A DNA stretch of 64,000 bases from Pelagibacteraceae bacterium AG-461-B04 (GCA_003211835.1 QCRN01000006.1:2545-66544), one strand, 5' to 3'. Counted from the first letter of the stretch, positions 26,880-36,662 are shown. Notes: generated from the letters alone by a model not told the origin. Translations and numbers: made by a program.

Positions 26880-28283
26880 ATGCCTAAATCAACATCACAA
26901 TCTGCTAAAAACGATTTAAAGAATACTCTAGATGATAGAATCCTTCATCCGTGGCAATACTTAGAATACAGAGGTGAAGATGATCGTACATTTATTGATA
27001 AGTCTGAGGGAATTTACTTATATGACAAGACAGGAAAAAAACTGATTGATGGACCTGGAGGCATGTGGAATGTCAATGTAGGTCATGGCGTTAAAGAAAT
27101 TGCAGATGCAGTTTATAATCAAATTACTAAAATGCCATATGCAAGTCCGTTTACTGAGTCAACAGAAATAGCTCACGATTATGCATCAAGACTTGTTCAA
27201 TACGCACCGGGTGATTTAAAGAGAATTTTTTTTACGTCTGGGGGATCGTCTGCTGTGGACTCAGCATTACGATTTGTAATGTTCTATAATAATATTCTTG
27301 GCCGAAAAGAAAAAAAACAAATTATATCAAGAAACGATGCTTACCATGGCAGTACATTTTTAGGAGCTTCTTGTTCAGGCAAGGAAAGAGATAAAAATAA
27401 TTTTGATTTCGCAAGTAATATTGTTCATCATATTTCATCTCCTAATCCTTTTCGTAAACCCGATGATCTTACTGACGAAGAATTCTGTGATCTAAAAGTT
27501 CAAGAATTAGAAAACAAAATAATTGAAATTGGGGCTGACAAGGTAGCTGCTTTCATTGCTGAACCTATCTTAGCTTCAGGTGGCGTGATTGTCCCACCAA
27601 AAGGTTATCATAAGAAGACACATGAAATTTGCAAAAAACATGATGTGTTGTATATTTCTGACGAAATCGTCACTGGCTTTGGAAGACTTGGTCATATTTT
27701 TGCTTCAGAAAATTATTTTGATTTTACACCAGATATTATTCTTTTGGCTAAAGGGATTACATCTGGATATGTGCCTTGTGGAGCAGTTGTTATATCGGAG
27801 CGATTGATGTCCAAATTAGATAATAAAGAAAAAGTAATTTTTTCAAACGGTTTCACAGACTCAGGGCATCCTGTTAGTATGGCCGCCGCAACTGCTACTT
27901 TAGACTACATTGAAAAAACAAATTTACTTGATCACGTAAAAGATGTTGGTCCTTATTTTCAAGCAAAATTGAGAGAGCTTACTGATTTGCCAATTGTTGG
28001 TGAAGTTAGAGGTGAAGGTCTAATGGCTGCAGTAGAATGTGTAGGCAATAAAGATAAAAAAGATCCACTGAATTTGTCCTATGAGATTGGCTCTAGGATT
28101 AATGAACATTGCCAGCAACTTGGTTTAATTGTACGACCATTATTTAGTACATGCGTCATGTCACCGTCATTAATTATCACGAAGGAACAAATTGATGACC
28201 TTGTTTCTATTTTGCGTAAAGGCATAGAGTTAGCAACTGATGATATCAAAAAAGAAGGTCTCTGGTCAGCAACTTCAAATTAA
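26880..28283 (+). CDS. class-III aminotransferase
   Basis: 467 aa. GGMWNVNVGHG, DEIVTGFGRLG and LAKGITSGY (PLP lysine) blocks. Confidence 0.85.
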   Translation: MPKSTSQSAKNDLKNTLDDRILHPWQYLEYRGEDDRTFIDKSEGIYLYDKTGKKLIDGPGGMWNVNVGHGVKEIADAVYNQITKMPYASPFTESTEIAHDYASRLVQYAPGDLKRIFFTSGGSSAVDSALRFVMFYNNILGRKEKKQIISRNDAYHGSTFLGASCSGKERDKNNFDFASNIVHHISSPNPFRKPDDLTDEEFCDLKVQELENKIIEIGADKVAAFIAEPILASGGVIVPPKGYHKKTHEICKKHDVLYISDEIVTGFGRLGHIFASENYFDFTPDIILLAKGITSGYVPCGAVVISERLMSKLDNKEKVIFSNGFTDSGHPVSMAAATATLDYIEKTNLLDHVKDVGPYFQAKLRELTDLPIVGEVRGEGLMAAVECVGNKDKKDPLNLSYEIGSRINEHCQQLGLIVRPLFSTCVMSPSLIITKEQIDDLVSILRKGIELATDDIKKEGLWSATSN

Positions 28284-29521
28284 TGACCTTTTTTAATCAA
28301 CTTAAAGAAAGATATGAAGAAGGAAAGACTCTTCCGCAAGAGTTTTATACTGACGAAAAAATATTCTCTGATGAAATGAAAAAAATTTATTTCAAACAGT
28401 GGCTGATGGTTGATCATGTTAGCCGTATCCCAAATCCTGGAGATTATTTTTTATTTAACGCGGAAAAAGAGTCAATAATTCTAATACGTGGAAGGGATAG
28501 TCAAGTTAGAGCTTTTTATAATGTTTGTTCTCATCGTGGTTCAAGAATATGTTTGGAAGATGAAGGAACAAAAAAACTTCTAGTTTGTCCATATCATGCT
28601 TGGAGTTTCTCTGCAGAGGGAGAATTAAAGTCAGCGCGCTACATGCCAGAGGATTTTAAAATGGAAGATTGGGGTTTAAAACCATGTCATATGAATATTT
28701 ATCAAGGCTTGATATTCATAAATCTTTCAATGGATGAACCAATGGATTTTAATGAGTTTATTTCTCCATTGACAGAGCTTGTAAATTTTCATAACCCTGA
28801 AAAGGCAAAGATTGCTGCTAGACGAAAATATCCTACGAAAGCTAATTTCAAACTTGTTCTAGAAAATTTCCAAGAATGCTATCACTGTGGTCCAGCACAT
28901 CCAGAACTATGTTCAGTGCATGAAAAAGACTGGGTATTCACAATGGGTGCTGGTCTTGGAACGGCCCCAGAAAAAGAAACACAAGAATATTTAAAAAAGA
29001 TTCAACCATGGATTGAGGATTGCAAATCAAAAGGAATTCCCTCAAAAACATATTTAGAAACTGAAGAAGGATTAAGTAAGGGATTAAATCGATACGTAGA
29101 CCGTACACCCATTGGTAATGGAAATTTATCACAAACTAAAGATGGTAAACCAGCCTCTAAACTAATGGGTCAGTTTAAAGAATTTGATGGTGGTTTATCC
29201 CAAGTAAGTTTTAATCCTTTTGGCTGTTGTTACTTTACAAATGACTTTGGAGTTATGTTTATATTTAAACCATTATCAATTTTGCAATCTGAAGTTGAAT
29301 TGATTTGGTTAGTCAATGAGGAAGCTGAAGAGGGCATAGACTTTAATGAAGAAAATCTTACCCACATATGGGACGTAACTACTGCACACGACACAACCAT
29401 AATTGAAAATAACCAAAATGGCTTATTGTCTCATTCTTTTAGTCCTGGGGTTCTTTCTCAGAATGAGTCAGCTGTTACCTATTTTTATGATTGGTATTTT
29501 ACCAATATGAAGTTACCATAA
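28283..29521 (+). CDS. Rieske [2Fe-2S] non-haem-iron oxygenase, alpha-subunit type (GbcA/CntA/Stc2-like N-dealkylating group is plausible)
   Basis: 412 aa. Rieske ligands CSHRG...CPYHAW. Mononuclear-iron block ENFQECYHCGPAH (H-x4-H). TAATG overlap with the aminotransferase. Confidence 0.85.
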   Translation: MTFFNQLKERYEEGKTLPQEFYTDEKIFSDEMKKIYFKQWLMVDHVSRIPNPGDYFLFNAEKESIILIRGRDSQVRAFYNVCSHRGSRICLEDEGTKKLLVCPYHAWSFSAEGELKSARYMPEDFKMEDWGLKPCHMNIYQGLIFINLSMDEPMDFNEFISPLTELVNFHNPEKAKIAARRKYPTKANFKLVLENFQECYHCGPAHPELCSVHEKDWVFTMGAGLGTAPEKETQEYLKKIQPWIEDCKSKGIPSKTYLETEEGLSKGLNRYVDRTPIGNGNLSQTKDGKPASKLMGQFKEFDGGLSQVSFNPFGCCYFTNDFGVMFIFKPLSILQSEVELIWLVNEEAEEGIDFNEENLTHIWDVTTAHDTTIIENNQNGLLSHSFSPGVLSQNESAVTYFYDWYFTNMKLP

Positions 29522-29558
29522 TATAAAATGTAATAAAGAGGTTACGCTTCAACATAAC

Positions 29559-29777
29559 ATGAAAACGTTCTTCACAGTAGTCACCTTTTTTTTTATTTCT
29601 ACAATAGCTTTTTCAGAAACAGTCATTGAAAATAAAAAAAGATTTGGAGGCCCAAAATCTGATTATGTTTTAGAAAGAAAAGAATTCAATTTTCTTACCT
29701 CTGTAAAGGACACAAAAGGTAATTGGATTACATCAAAAAAGTATGGTGAAATAGTTCGATATGGGATTCCAAATTAA
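29559..29777 (+). CDS. hypothetical small secreted protein (72 aa)
   Basis: Clear signal peptide MKTFFTVVTFFFISTIAFS followed by a hydrophilic 50-residue part. No family recognised. Confidence 0.4.
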   Translation: MKTFFTVVTFFFISTIAFSETVIENKKRFGGPKSDYVLERKEFNFLTSVKDTKGNWITSKKYGEIVRYGIPN

Positions 29778-29802
29778 AGTTTCGTAGGGTGCTATAAATA
29801 GA

Positions 29803-31158
29803 ATGAAACAATTATATGATAAGGCAATATACGATGTCAATAAACCCATCGAAAGCTATTGGGAAGAGGTCAGCGGCATTGATCAAAATAAGTATCCAAA
29901 ATTAATAGGCGATCAATCATGCGATGTATGTATCATTGGAGGTGGATTTACAGGCATTAGTACCGCGTATCATATTGCAAAAAATTATGGTGGAGATGTA
30001 AGAGTTTTAGAAGCTGGGCACTATGGTTTCGCAAGCAGTGCAAGGAACGCTGGTTTTTGTTGTCTGCCAGCAACAAAATTATCAACGACACAATTAATAA
30101 AAAAGTTTGGTATGGAAGAGACAAAGAAATTTTTTTCATCTCAAATTGAGGGCGTTGAACTTCTTTCATCAATCATATCAGAAAATAATATTGATTGTGA
30201 AAAAGTAGGTGATGGCAACCTTGATGTAGCCCACCATCCAGGGAGTAGCGAAGAATTAAAAGAATGGGGGAATGAATTAAAAGAGTATTTTGGAATCAAT
30301 ACAAAATGGATACCTAAGGAAGAATTTGATGAAGTTGGACATCAATCAACAGAACAATTTGGTGCAGTTTTTACAGAAGCTGGATTTGCAATGAATCCTA
30401 TGGCATTTATGCGAGGTTTTGCATCAGCAACTGTAGATGCCGGTGCTAAATTGCATAGTTTTTCGAGAGTAAAAAAATGGGAGAGAAATGGATCACATAA
30501 ATTAATAACAGAAGGTGGATCACTTACTGCAAATAAAGTTGTTGTAGCTACTAACGGCTATACGGATGAATCACTTCACCCAAGTTTTGCTAATAGAATG
30601 ATGCCAGTCTTATCAAACATTATTGTTACTAGAGAAATGAGTGATGATGAATTTAAGTTACAAAACTATAAAACGTTAAATCCCATATGTAATTCTAGAG
30701 AAATTTTATATTATTACAGAAGAATGCCTTCTAACAGAATGTTATTTGGTACAAGAGGCGATACTTATGGCGATGATGCAAGTGCACTGAAAATGAGAGA
30801 ATTAATGACTCATAAATTTAAGGGCGTTTTTCCTAATTGGAACGATGTAGATATTGATCACTACTGGAGAGGTACAGTAGTCATGACTAGAGATTTCGTC
30901 CCAGCATTTGGTGCACTAGATGATGATAAGTCAGTACTGTTTTCTTATGGCTATCAAGCTAATGGAAACAATACTACAGTTTATTGTGGAAAGAAGTTGG
31001 CTGAGATGATTTATGAGTCCAACAGTGGGGAAACAAATATATCAAAAGTCTATCAAGGTCTCTCTCCTAAAATACCACTAGGTTTTTTAAGATTATGGTA
31101 CTTAAGACTGTATCTATGGTATTCAAATTTTACTGATAAAAGTAAAAAAGAAATATAA
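29803..31158 (+). CDS. FAD-dependent oxidoreductase, DAO family (gamma-glutamylputrescine oxidase PuuB-like)
   Basis: 451 aa. DVCIIGGGFTGISTAYHIA dinucleotide fold. Length and layout as in PuuB/OrdL-type enzymes. Confidence 0.75.
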   Translation: MKQLYDKAIYDVNKPIESYWEEVSGIDQNKYPKLIGDQSCDVCIIGGGFTGISTAYHIAKNYGGDVRVLEAGHYGFASSARNAGFCCLPATKLSTTQLIKKFGMEETKKFFSSQIEGVELLSSIISENNIDCEKVGDGNLDVAHHPGSSEELKEWGNELKEYFGINTKWIPKEEFDEVGHQSTEQFGAVFTEAGFAMNPMAFMRGFASATVDAGAKLHSFSRVKKWERNGSHKLITEGGSLTANKVVVATNGYTDESLHPSFANRMMPVLSNIIVTREMSDDEFKLQNYKTLNPICNSREILYYYRRMPSNRMLFGTRGDTYGDDASALKMRELMTHKFKGVFPNWNDVDIDHYWRGTVVMTRDFVPAFGALDDDKSVLFSYGYQANGNNTTVYCGKKLAEMIYESNSGETNISKVYQGLSPKIPLGFLRLWYLRLYLWYSNFTDKSKKEI

Positions 31159-31194
31159 ATTGCATCTATTATTTATATAAATTAAAATTTTCTT

Positions 31195-32079
31195 ATGTTG
31201 CAAGTCTGGAAGTCATTTTATGCGAGGAGTGATCCTGCAAAAGCTTATTCACTACTTTCTCCTGCATTGATCTTGGTTACTTTAGCTATGCTTATACCAT
31301 TAGGGCTAATGTTAAGTTTTAGTTTTTTTACTCAAACCAGTTTCACAGAAATTGACTACTCTTTTACTATCACAAGGTACATTGATTTTTTTCAAAGTAA
31401 TTTGCTTGTTTCACTACTTATAAAATCAGTGAAGATTTCGTTTATTGTAACTTTCGTAACTCTTCTTACTGCATATCCTGTTTGTTATTACATAGCTTTT
31501 TATGTAAAGAAAAATAAAATGCTATGGCTTGTTTTATTGACTTTACCTTTCTGGACATCCTATCTTTTGAGGGTCTTTTCTTGGAAAATTATCCTTGGAA
31601 CTAAAGGAGTTATTAATTCTTCCTTAATTAATGCAGGACTGCTTAGCGAACCTCTCACTTTTTTAATGTATTCTGAGACAGCGGTTATTATAACCCTCAC
31701 CCATGCATGGGCGGCATTTGCTTTACTGCCTTTGTATGTTTCATTGGATAAAATAGATTTTTCTCTAATTGAAGCTGCCAGAGACTTAGGATTGTCAAGA
31801 CTAGAAACTTTTTGGAAAATCACTCTTCCATTATCTCTTCCTGGAATAATTGGCGCTATATTAATTATCTTTATTCCAACTGTTGGAGATTATGTAACGC
31901 CTGCTTTGCTTGGGGGAACTGACGGTAGAATGCTATCAAATATGATTCAAGCCTACTTTGGAAAAGTAAATAATCTTCCTCTTGGGGCTGCTTCTGCGAC
32001 TATTATGCTTATTACTGTAGCAATAGTGACAATCGTTGTTTCATATACAACAAAAAAACTTACTCAGAGGATTTCATAA
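31195..32079 (+). CDS. ABC transporter permease (PotB/PotH-like)
   Basis: 294 aa, 6 TM. EAA loop IEAARDLGLSRLETFWKITLP. Confidence 0.85.
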   Translation: MLQVWKSFYARSDPAKAYSLLSPALILVTLAMLIPLGLMLSFSFFTQTSFTEIDYSFTITRYIDFFQSNLLVSLLIKSVKISFIVTFVTLLTAYPVCYYIAFYVKKNKMLWLVLLTLPFWTSYLLRVFSWKIILGTKGVINSSLINAGLLSEPLTFLMYSETAVIITLTHAWAAFALLPLYVSLDKIDFSLIEAARDLGLSRLETFWKITLPLSLPGIIGAILIIFIPTVGDYVTPALLGGTDGRMLSNMIQAYFGKVNNLPLGAASATIMLITVAIVTIVVSYTTKKLTQRIS

Positions 32080-32895
32080 GTGGAGCAAAAAAATAATACA
32101 TTGTTAATTTACACCTTATTGTATTTTGCATTTTTATATATTCCTGTTTTATTCTTACCAATATTTAGTTTTAATGACGCAAATTATATGTCATTCCCCC
32201 TCTCTGGATTTACAACAGAGCATTATGAAGAAATGTGGGCAAAAACAAATTTACATAAAGCTCTTTGGGCTAGTATCAAAGTAGGTGTAGTGGCAAGTGT
32301 TGTCAGCACAACAATAGCATTGTTTGCGGCCAAAGCATTCGCACGGTATAAATTCAGAGGACAAAATATTTCTTATGGTGCCATTATGATCCCTTTTTTA
32401 ATCCCTGAAATTATTTTAGCAGTTGCAATACTTGTGATTTGGTTGAGCCTTGGTTTTAAATTAGGACTTGTGCCGGTAACTTTAGGACATATTCTTTTTT
32501 GTACTCCGTTCGCGATGCTTATTTTAATCGCTCGTATAGAAGGATTTGATTTCTCACTTGAGGAAGCTTCAAGAGACCTTGGAGAAAACGCTTGGGGGAC
32601 ATTTTACCGAGTATCTCTTCCATTATACCTACCAGGCATAATAGCTTCACTTTTATTGAGCTTTATCATTTCATTTGATGAATTTGTTCTGGCATTCTTC
32701 TTAACTGGAAGTGATGCAACATTGCCTATGTATATGTGGGCTCAAATGAGATTTATTCAGAAACTGCCTCATGTATTGGCTCTAGGAGCGGTTATAATTG
32801 TGTTTACTACTTTTATAGTTTTGTTAGCATTCTGGTTACGAAACCTTGGTCAAGGAAAAGAGAAAGCTGAATTTGGAATAAAAATACATGAATGA
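32080..32895 (+). CDS. ABC transporter permease (PotC/PotI-like)
   Basis: 271 aa. GTG start directly after the upstream stop. EAA loop EEASRDLGENAWGTFYRVSLP. Confidence 0.85.
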   Translation: MEQKNNTLLIYTLLYFAFLYIPVLFLPIFSFNDANYMSFPLSGFTTEHYEEMWAKTNLHKALWASIKVGVVASVVSTTIALFAAKAFARYKFRGQNISYGAIMIPFLIPEIILAVAILVIWLSLGFKLGLVPVTLGHILFCTPFAMLILIARIEGFDFSLEEASRDLGENAWGTFYRVSLPLYLPGIIASLLLSFIISFDEFVLAFFLTGSDATLPMYMWAQMRFIQKLPHVLALGAVIIVFTTFIVLLAFWLRNLGQGKEKAEFGIKIHE

Positions 32896-33970
32896 TTCCT
32901 TCATACAGATAAACGGAATTTCTAAGCATTTTGGAAATGTAAAAGCGGTAGATGATGTCTCTTTTCAAATTAAAGAGGGAGAGTTTTTCTCTCTGCTAGG
33001 TCCTTCAGGTTGCGGCAAAACAACATTATTAAGATTATTAGCCGGCTTTGAGTATCCGACTAGTGGTAATCTATTACTTGATGGCAGTGATATTACTGCA
33101 TTGCCTCCTGACAAAAGACCTACAAATATGGTTTTTCAGAATTATGCAATTTTTCCTCATATCAATGTTGAAAAAAATGTTCAGTTTGGCTTGAGAAAAC
33201 TCGGCTTAACAAATGATGAAATTATCAAAAGAGTTAAGGACGTTTTGTCGTTGGTAAAATTAGAAGGTTATGAGGAACGCTATAGTAGCCAACTATCTGG
33301 AGGTCAAAGACAAAGAGTGGCATTAGCAAGGGCTTTAGTAAGACAACCAAAAGTATTATTACTGGATGAGCCACTTGGGGCACTGGATAAAAAGTTACGT
33401 GACGAAATGCAACTTGAACTTAGAACTCTTCAAAAAGAGATTGGAATAACTTTTGTATTTGTTACACACGATCAGCAAGAGGCTATTAGTATGTCAGATC
33501 GTGTTGCGGTGATGAGTGAAGGTAAAATTCAGCAGATGTCGTCTCCAAACGAATTATATAAAAATCCTCAAAATATATTTGTTAGTGACTTTATTGGCGA
33601 AACTAATTTTTTAAGAGCTAAGACAGCTTCTAAAGATGGAGAATATATTAATGTTAACATTGAAGATCTTGGCTCGTTTAAAATAAAAAATAATCTTAAT
33701 ATAAGTGAAAATGCTTCAGATGTTATTTGCAGTGTTCGTCCAGAGACAATGATGATTGACAGAGAAAAATCAGATTGGGACATTTGCTTAGAGGGTAAAA
33801 TCAGGCAAACATCATATCTAGGTGAAATGACAAAATTTTATGTTGAAACTAAAGAAATAGAAAAAATTATAACCGTATCATCACAATATTTTGATAATCA
33901 GTCTTTTCAAGATGGTAAATGCTTTATTAGCATAAATTTAAACGATATTTCCTTACTGAATAAAAAATAG
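32888..33970 (+). CDS. ABC transporter ATP-binding protein (PotA/PotG-like)
   Basis: 360 aa. Walker A GPSGCGKTT, signature LSGGQRQRVALARAL, Walker B LLLDEP, and a C-terminal TOBE-like domain. Confidence 0.9.
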   Translation: MNDSFIQINGISKHFGNVKAVDDVSFQIKEGEFFSLLGPSGCGKTTLLRLLAGFEYPTSGNLLLDGSDITALPPDKRPTNMVFQNYAIFPHINVEKNVQFGLRKLGLTNDEIIKRVKDVLSLVKLEGYEERYSSQLSGGQRQRVALARALVRQPKVLLLDEPLGALDKKLRDEMQLELRTLQKEIGITFVFVTHDQQEAISMSDRVAVMSEGKIQQMSSPNELYKNPQNIFVSDFIGETNFLRAKTASKDGEYINVNIEDLGSFKIKNNLNISENASDVICSVRPETMMIDREKSDWDICLEGKIRQTSYLGEMTKFYVETKEIEKIITVSSQYFDNQSFQDGKCFISINLNDISLLNKK

Positions 33971-34000
33971 CCTGCCCTCAAGAGAGAACAGGCTATTTTA
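33968..34000. terminator. bidirectional intrinsic terminator between convergent potA-like and binding-protein genes
   Basis: TAGCCTG (33968-33974) pairs with CAGGCTA (33989-33995), with 3 further inner pairs. Flanked by ATTTTATT on the + strand and TTTTTTA on the minus strand. Confidence 0.65.
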
Positions 34001-34019
34001 TTACTCAATTAGCAGTGAA

Positions 34020-35099
34020 TTAACCGCCAGCTACCATTTCAGCCCACTGAGCTTCCATGTAGTCAGTAACTTCGTCAGTTGGCATCACAGAGAACATTCC
34101 ATTATTTAAATGTTCGATAGGATTTGATGCAACACCACGCTCAGCTAATTCCTCAGCAGTAAGTGTGCTAAAGCCAGCTTTATTGCTGTGTCCATAACCC
34201 CACTCACTTAATAAGTATGCAGATGTTTCAGCGCTAGTAGCACCGTTAATCATTGCGTATGCTTTATCAAGGTCTGCACCTTTAACAATCGCAAGACCAC
34301 ATGCCCAAGTCATTGTGCCATTAGCAGGCTGCATCATTTTTGCTCCTGCACTCCATGCTATTTCGTTCCATCCAAGTGCTACGTCTATTTCCTCGTTTCC
34401 TAGCGCTTCAATCATTGAAGATGTATCTCCAAAGAATGCACGAATTTGACCATTATCTCTCATTTCACGAAACTTATCGATACCTTGGTCAATAGCAGCT
34501 TTCGTTAATTGATCTTGTTCTCTGATATCAATTCCAAGATGGTGCATCATTAAAAACAAAGAGTCTGCAGCGGAGTCTAAGATACCAACTTTACCTTTTA
34601 CTCTTGGGTCTTCCATTAGTGCAAAACTTTCATTAGAGGCATCCATCCAATCGACTCTGTCTGCCATGTAAAACAATGTAGTGTCTCCCCAGTCGACTGG
34701 TGCAAAATAATGCTTACCATCAACCATACCACTTGGCAGGTCTCTAACTTCAGGGAACATATCATCCCAGTTGTCAATTCTTGACGGATCAAGTGGCTCT
34801 AATACGCCGGCTCTTACCCATCTTTTTATTTCACCTTGGCAAGGCCATGCTAAGTCAACTTCAAAGCCTGCTTTAAGCTTTTGCAATCCCTCTTCAGCAT
34901 CACCAAATATTGAGTATTCGGGGGAACCATGCTCTGCAGCGTATGATCCAAATAGGCCATCATCATCATAGCCACCCCACAAGAAGACTGATCCAGGTCC
35001 TGGTTTAGACTGTGCAACTTCTTCTTCTTGTTGAGAACATCCAGCTATAAGAGCTATTAAAGCTGCTCCTAATAAAACTGTAAAAATTGATTTTTTCAT
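34020..35099 (-). CDS. periplasmic polyamine-type substrate-binding lipoprotein (PotD/PotF family)
   Basis: 359 aa. Lipobox LIAGC. Size and Trp/Asp/Glu-rich composition typical of PotD/PotF-type binding proteins. Adjacent to the potBCA-like genes. Confidence 0.75.
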   Translation of the reverse strand: MKKSIFTVLLGAALIALIAGCSQQEEEVAQSKPGPGSVFLWGGYDDDGLFGSYAAEHGSPEYSIFGDAEEGLQKLKAGFEVDLAWPCQGEIKRWVRAGVLEPLDPSRIDNWDDMFPEVRDLPSGMVDGKHYFAPVDWGDTTLFYMADRVDWMDASNESFALMEDPRVKGKVGILDSAADSLFLMMHHLGIDIREQDQLTKAAIDQGIDKFREMRDNGQIRAFFGDTSSMIEALGNEEIDVALGWNEIAWSAGAKMMQPANGTMTWACGLAIVKGADLDKAYAMINGATSAETSAYLLSEWGYGHSNKAGFSTLTAEELAERGVASNPIEHLNNGMFSVMPTDEVTDYMEAQWAEMVAGG

Positions 35100-35133
35100 T
35101 ATTAATCATCCTTTTTTTTTATTTATACTAAAA

Positions 35134-35161
35134 ATTGTACACCTATAGGGTCGTTGGTCAA
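35134..35161 (-). promoter_or_regulatory. strong candidate sigma70 promoter of the binding-protein gene
   Basis: The minus strand reads TTGACC (complement of 35156-35161), N16, TACAAT (complement of 35134-35139), followed by AAGGATGA before the ATG. Confidence 0.55.
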
Positions 35162-35165
35162 TATA

Positions 35166-36662
35166 TTAAAAGTGAATCAAAGGACGATTTTTGCTGGAAT
35201 TGAGCCATGGATCTAACATTTCGTAGTTGTACCCACCCTGGAATACTAATTCATCACAGTACGATCGAGCAATAATTTGGATTCCTGTTGGAATATTGCT
35301 AGAGCTTAATCCTGAAGGGACTGATAGGACCGGTAATTTACCCAACATGTTAAACGGATGTGACATAACCCAAGAAAAATCAGCACACTTCTGCTCTTTA
35401 TTATTGATAACGATATTTTCATTAACAATATCAATATCAGCCTTAATGGAAGGTAAAGAGTTTGTAGGACATATAAATAAATCGTAACTGTCTAATATTG
35501 GTCCAATTTCTGAATACATACGGCCTGTGATTTCTGAGCTTTCAATAACATCATATCCAACATAAGCCCCTATTTGATCATGATAGTACTTCTCATTATT
35601 TTGTATCGCTCTTAAATGTAATTCAGGGACTTCAGCAAACATTTTTGCATAATCAGTTAGTAGTTTTTTTTCATCGTTTGAAAATTTTGCTATGAGGCCA
35701 TAAAATGAATTAGCGTAATGACTAAAGCAAACTGAATTTACTTCATCTCGATTCCAATTTAATTTTACTTCTGTAATTGTTGCGCCAAGAGCCTCAAATT
35801 TTTTCAGAGCCTCCAATGTATTTTTTTCAACTTCTTCATCCACCTCAAAAAATCCAAGATCAAGTGAATAAGCAATTTTCCAGTTCTTAATATTCTCAAA
35901 CTTATTAGGAATAATTTTTTTGGGTCTGAGTGAAGCAATATCATTTTTATTTGGACCACTCATAACATTCTGCATAAGGGCACAATCACTAACTGTTCTC
36001 GCAAGGGGACCAACAACACAATACGGATCATGATTAAAAGGATAACCCATTGGATTTCTTCCATAGGGAGGTTTGTAACCAACGACTCCGCAGGCCCCAG
36101 CAGGGATACGAATTGATCCACCTATATCACTACCAGTTGCAAGTGATGCACAACCTGACGCTAGTGCTGCAGCACTCCCCCCACTTGAACCTCCTGGTGT
36201 CATATCTAAGTTCCAGGGATTTCTTGTGACGCCATTAACTTTGGAATGGCAGAATGATGTCAGTGAAAATTCTGGGTTAGTTGTGCGTGCATGAATTATT
36301 GCACCAGAGCTTACAAGGGACTCTACATCTACGTCAGTTCCTTCTGCTATTACGTCTTTATAGATTAAGCTTCCATTCTTATTAGGTTGTCCCTTTATAT
36401 TAACTTCATCTTTAATTGCTAAAGGTAAACCTTCCAAAGGCAAAGTAGATTTATCTTCAGTATATTTTAATTCTGAATGTTTCGCTTCTTTCAATGCTTC
36501 TTCGAAGCGAAAAAAATTAAAAGCATTAATTTTTGGGTTTACATTTTCAATTCTTTTTATTGTCTCATTTAATAGCTCAACTGGAGACAAAGATTTATTT
36601 TTAAATTTTTCTAGGGCTTCAGAAGCTGATAAATAACAAATATCGAGGTCTAAACTACTCAT
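35166..36662 (-). CDS. amidase-signature family amidase
   Basis: 498 aa. AIKDE (catalytic Lys region) and GGSSGGSAAALASG signature with GSDIGGSIRIPA. Confidence 0.85.
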   Translation of the reverse strand: MSSLDLDICYLSASEALEKFKNKSLSPVELLNETIKRIENVNPKINAFNFFRFEEALKEAKHSELKYTEDKSTLPLEGLPLAIKDEVNIKGQPNKNGSLIYKDVIAEGTDVDVESLVSSGAIIHARTTNPEFSLTSFCHSKVNGVTRNPWNLDMTPGGSSGGSAAALASGCASLATGSDIGGSIRIPAGACGVVGYKPPYGRNPMGYPFNHDPYCVVGPLARTVSDCALMQNVMSGPNKNDIASLRPKKIIPNKFENIKNWKIAYSLDLGFFEVDEEVEKNTLEALKKFEALGATITEVKLNWNRDEVNSVCFSHYANSFYGLIAKFSNDEKKLLTDYAKMFAEVPELHLRAIQNNEKYYHDQIGAYVGYDVIESSEITGRMYSEIGPILDSYDLFICPTNSLPSIKADIDIVNENIVINNKEQKCADFSWVMSHPFNMLGKLPVLSVPSGLSSSNIPTGIQIIARSYCDELVFQGGYNYEMLDPWLNSSKNRPLIHF

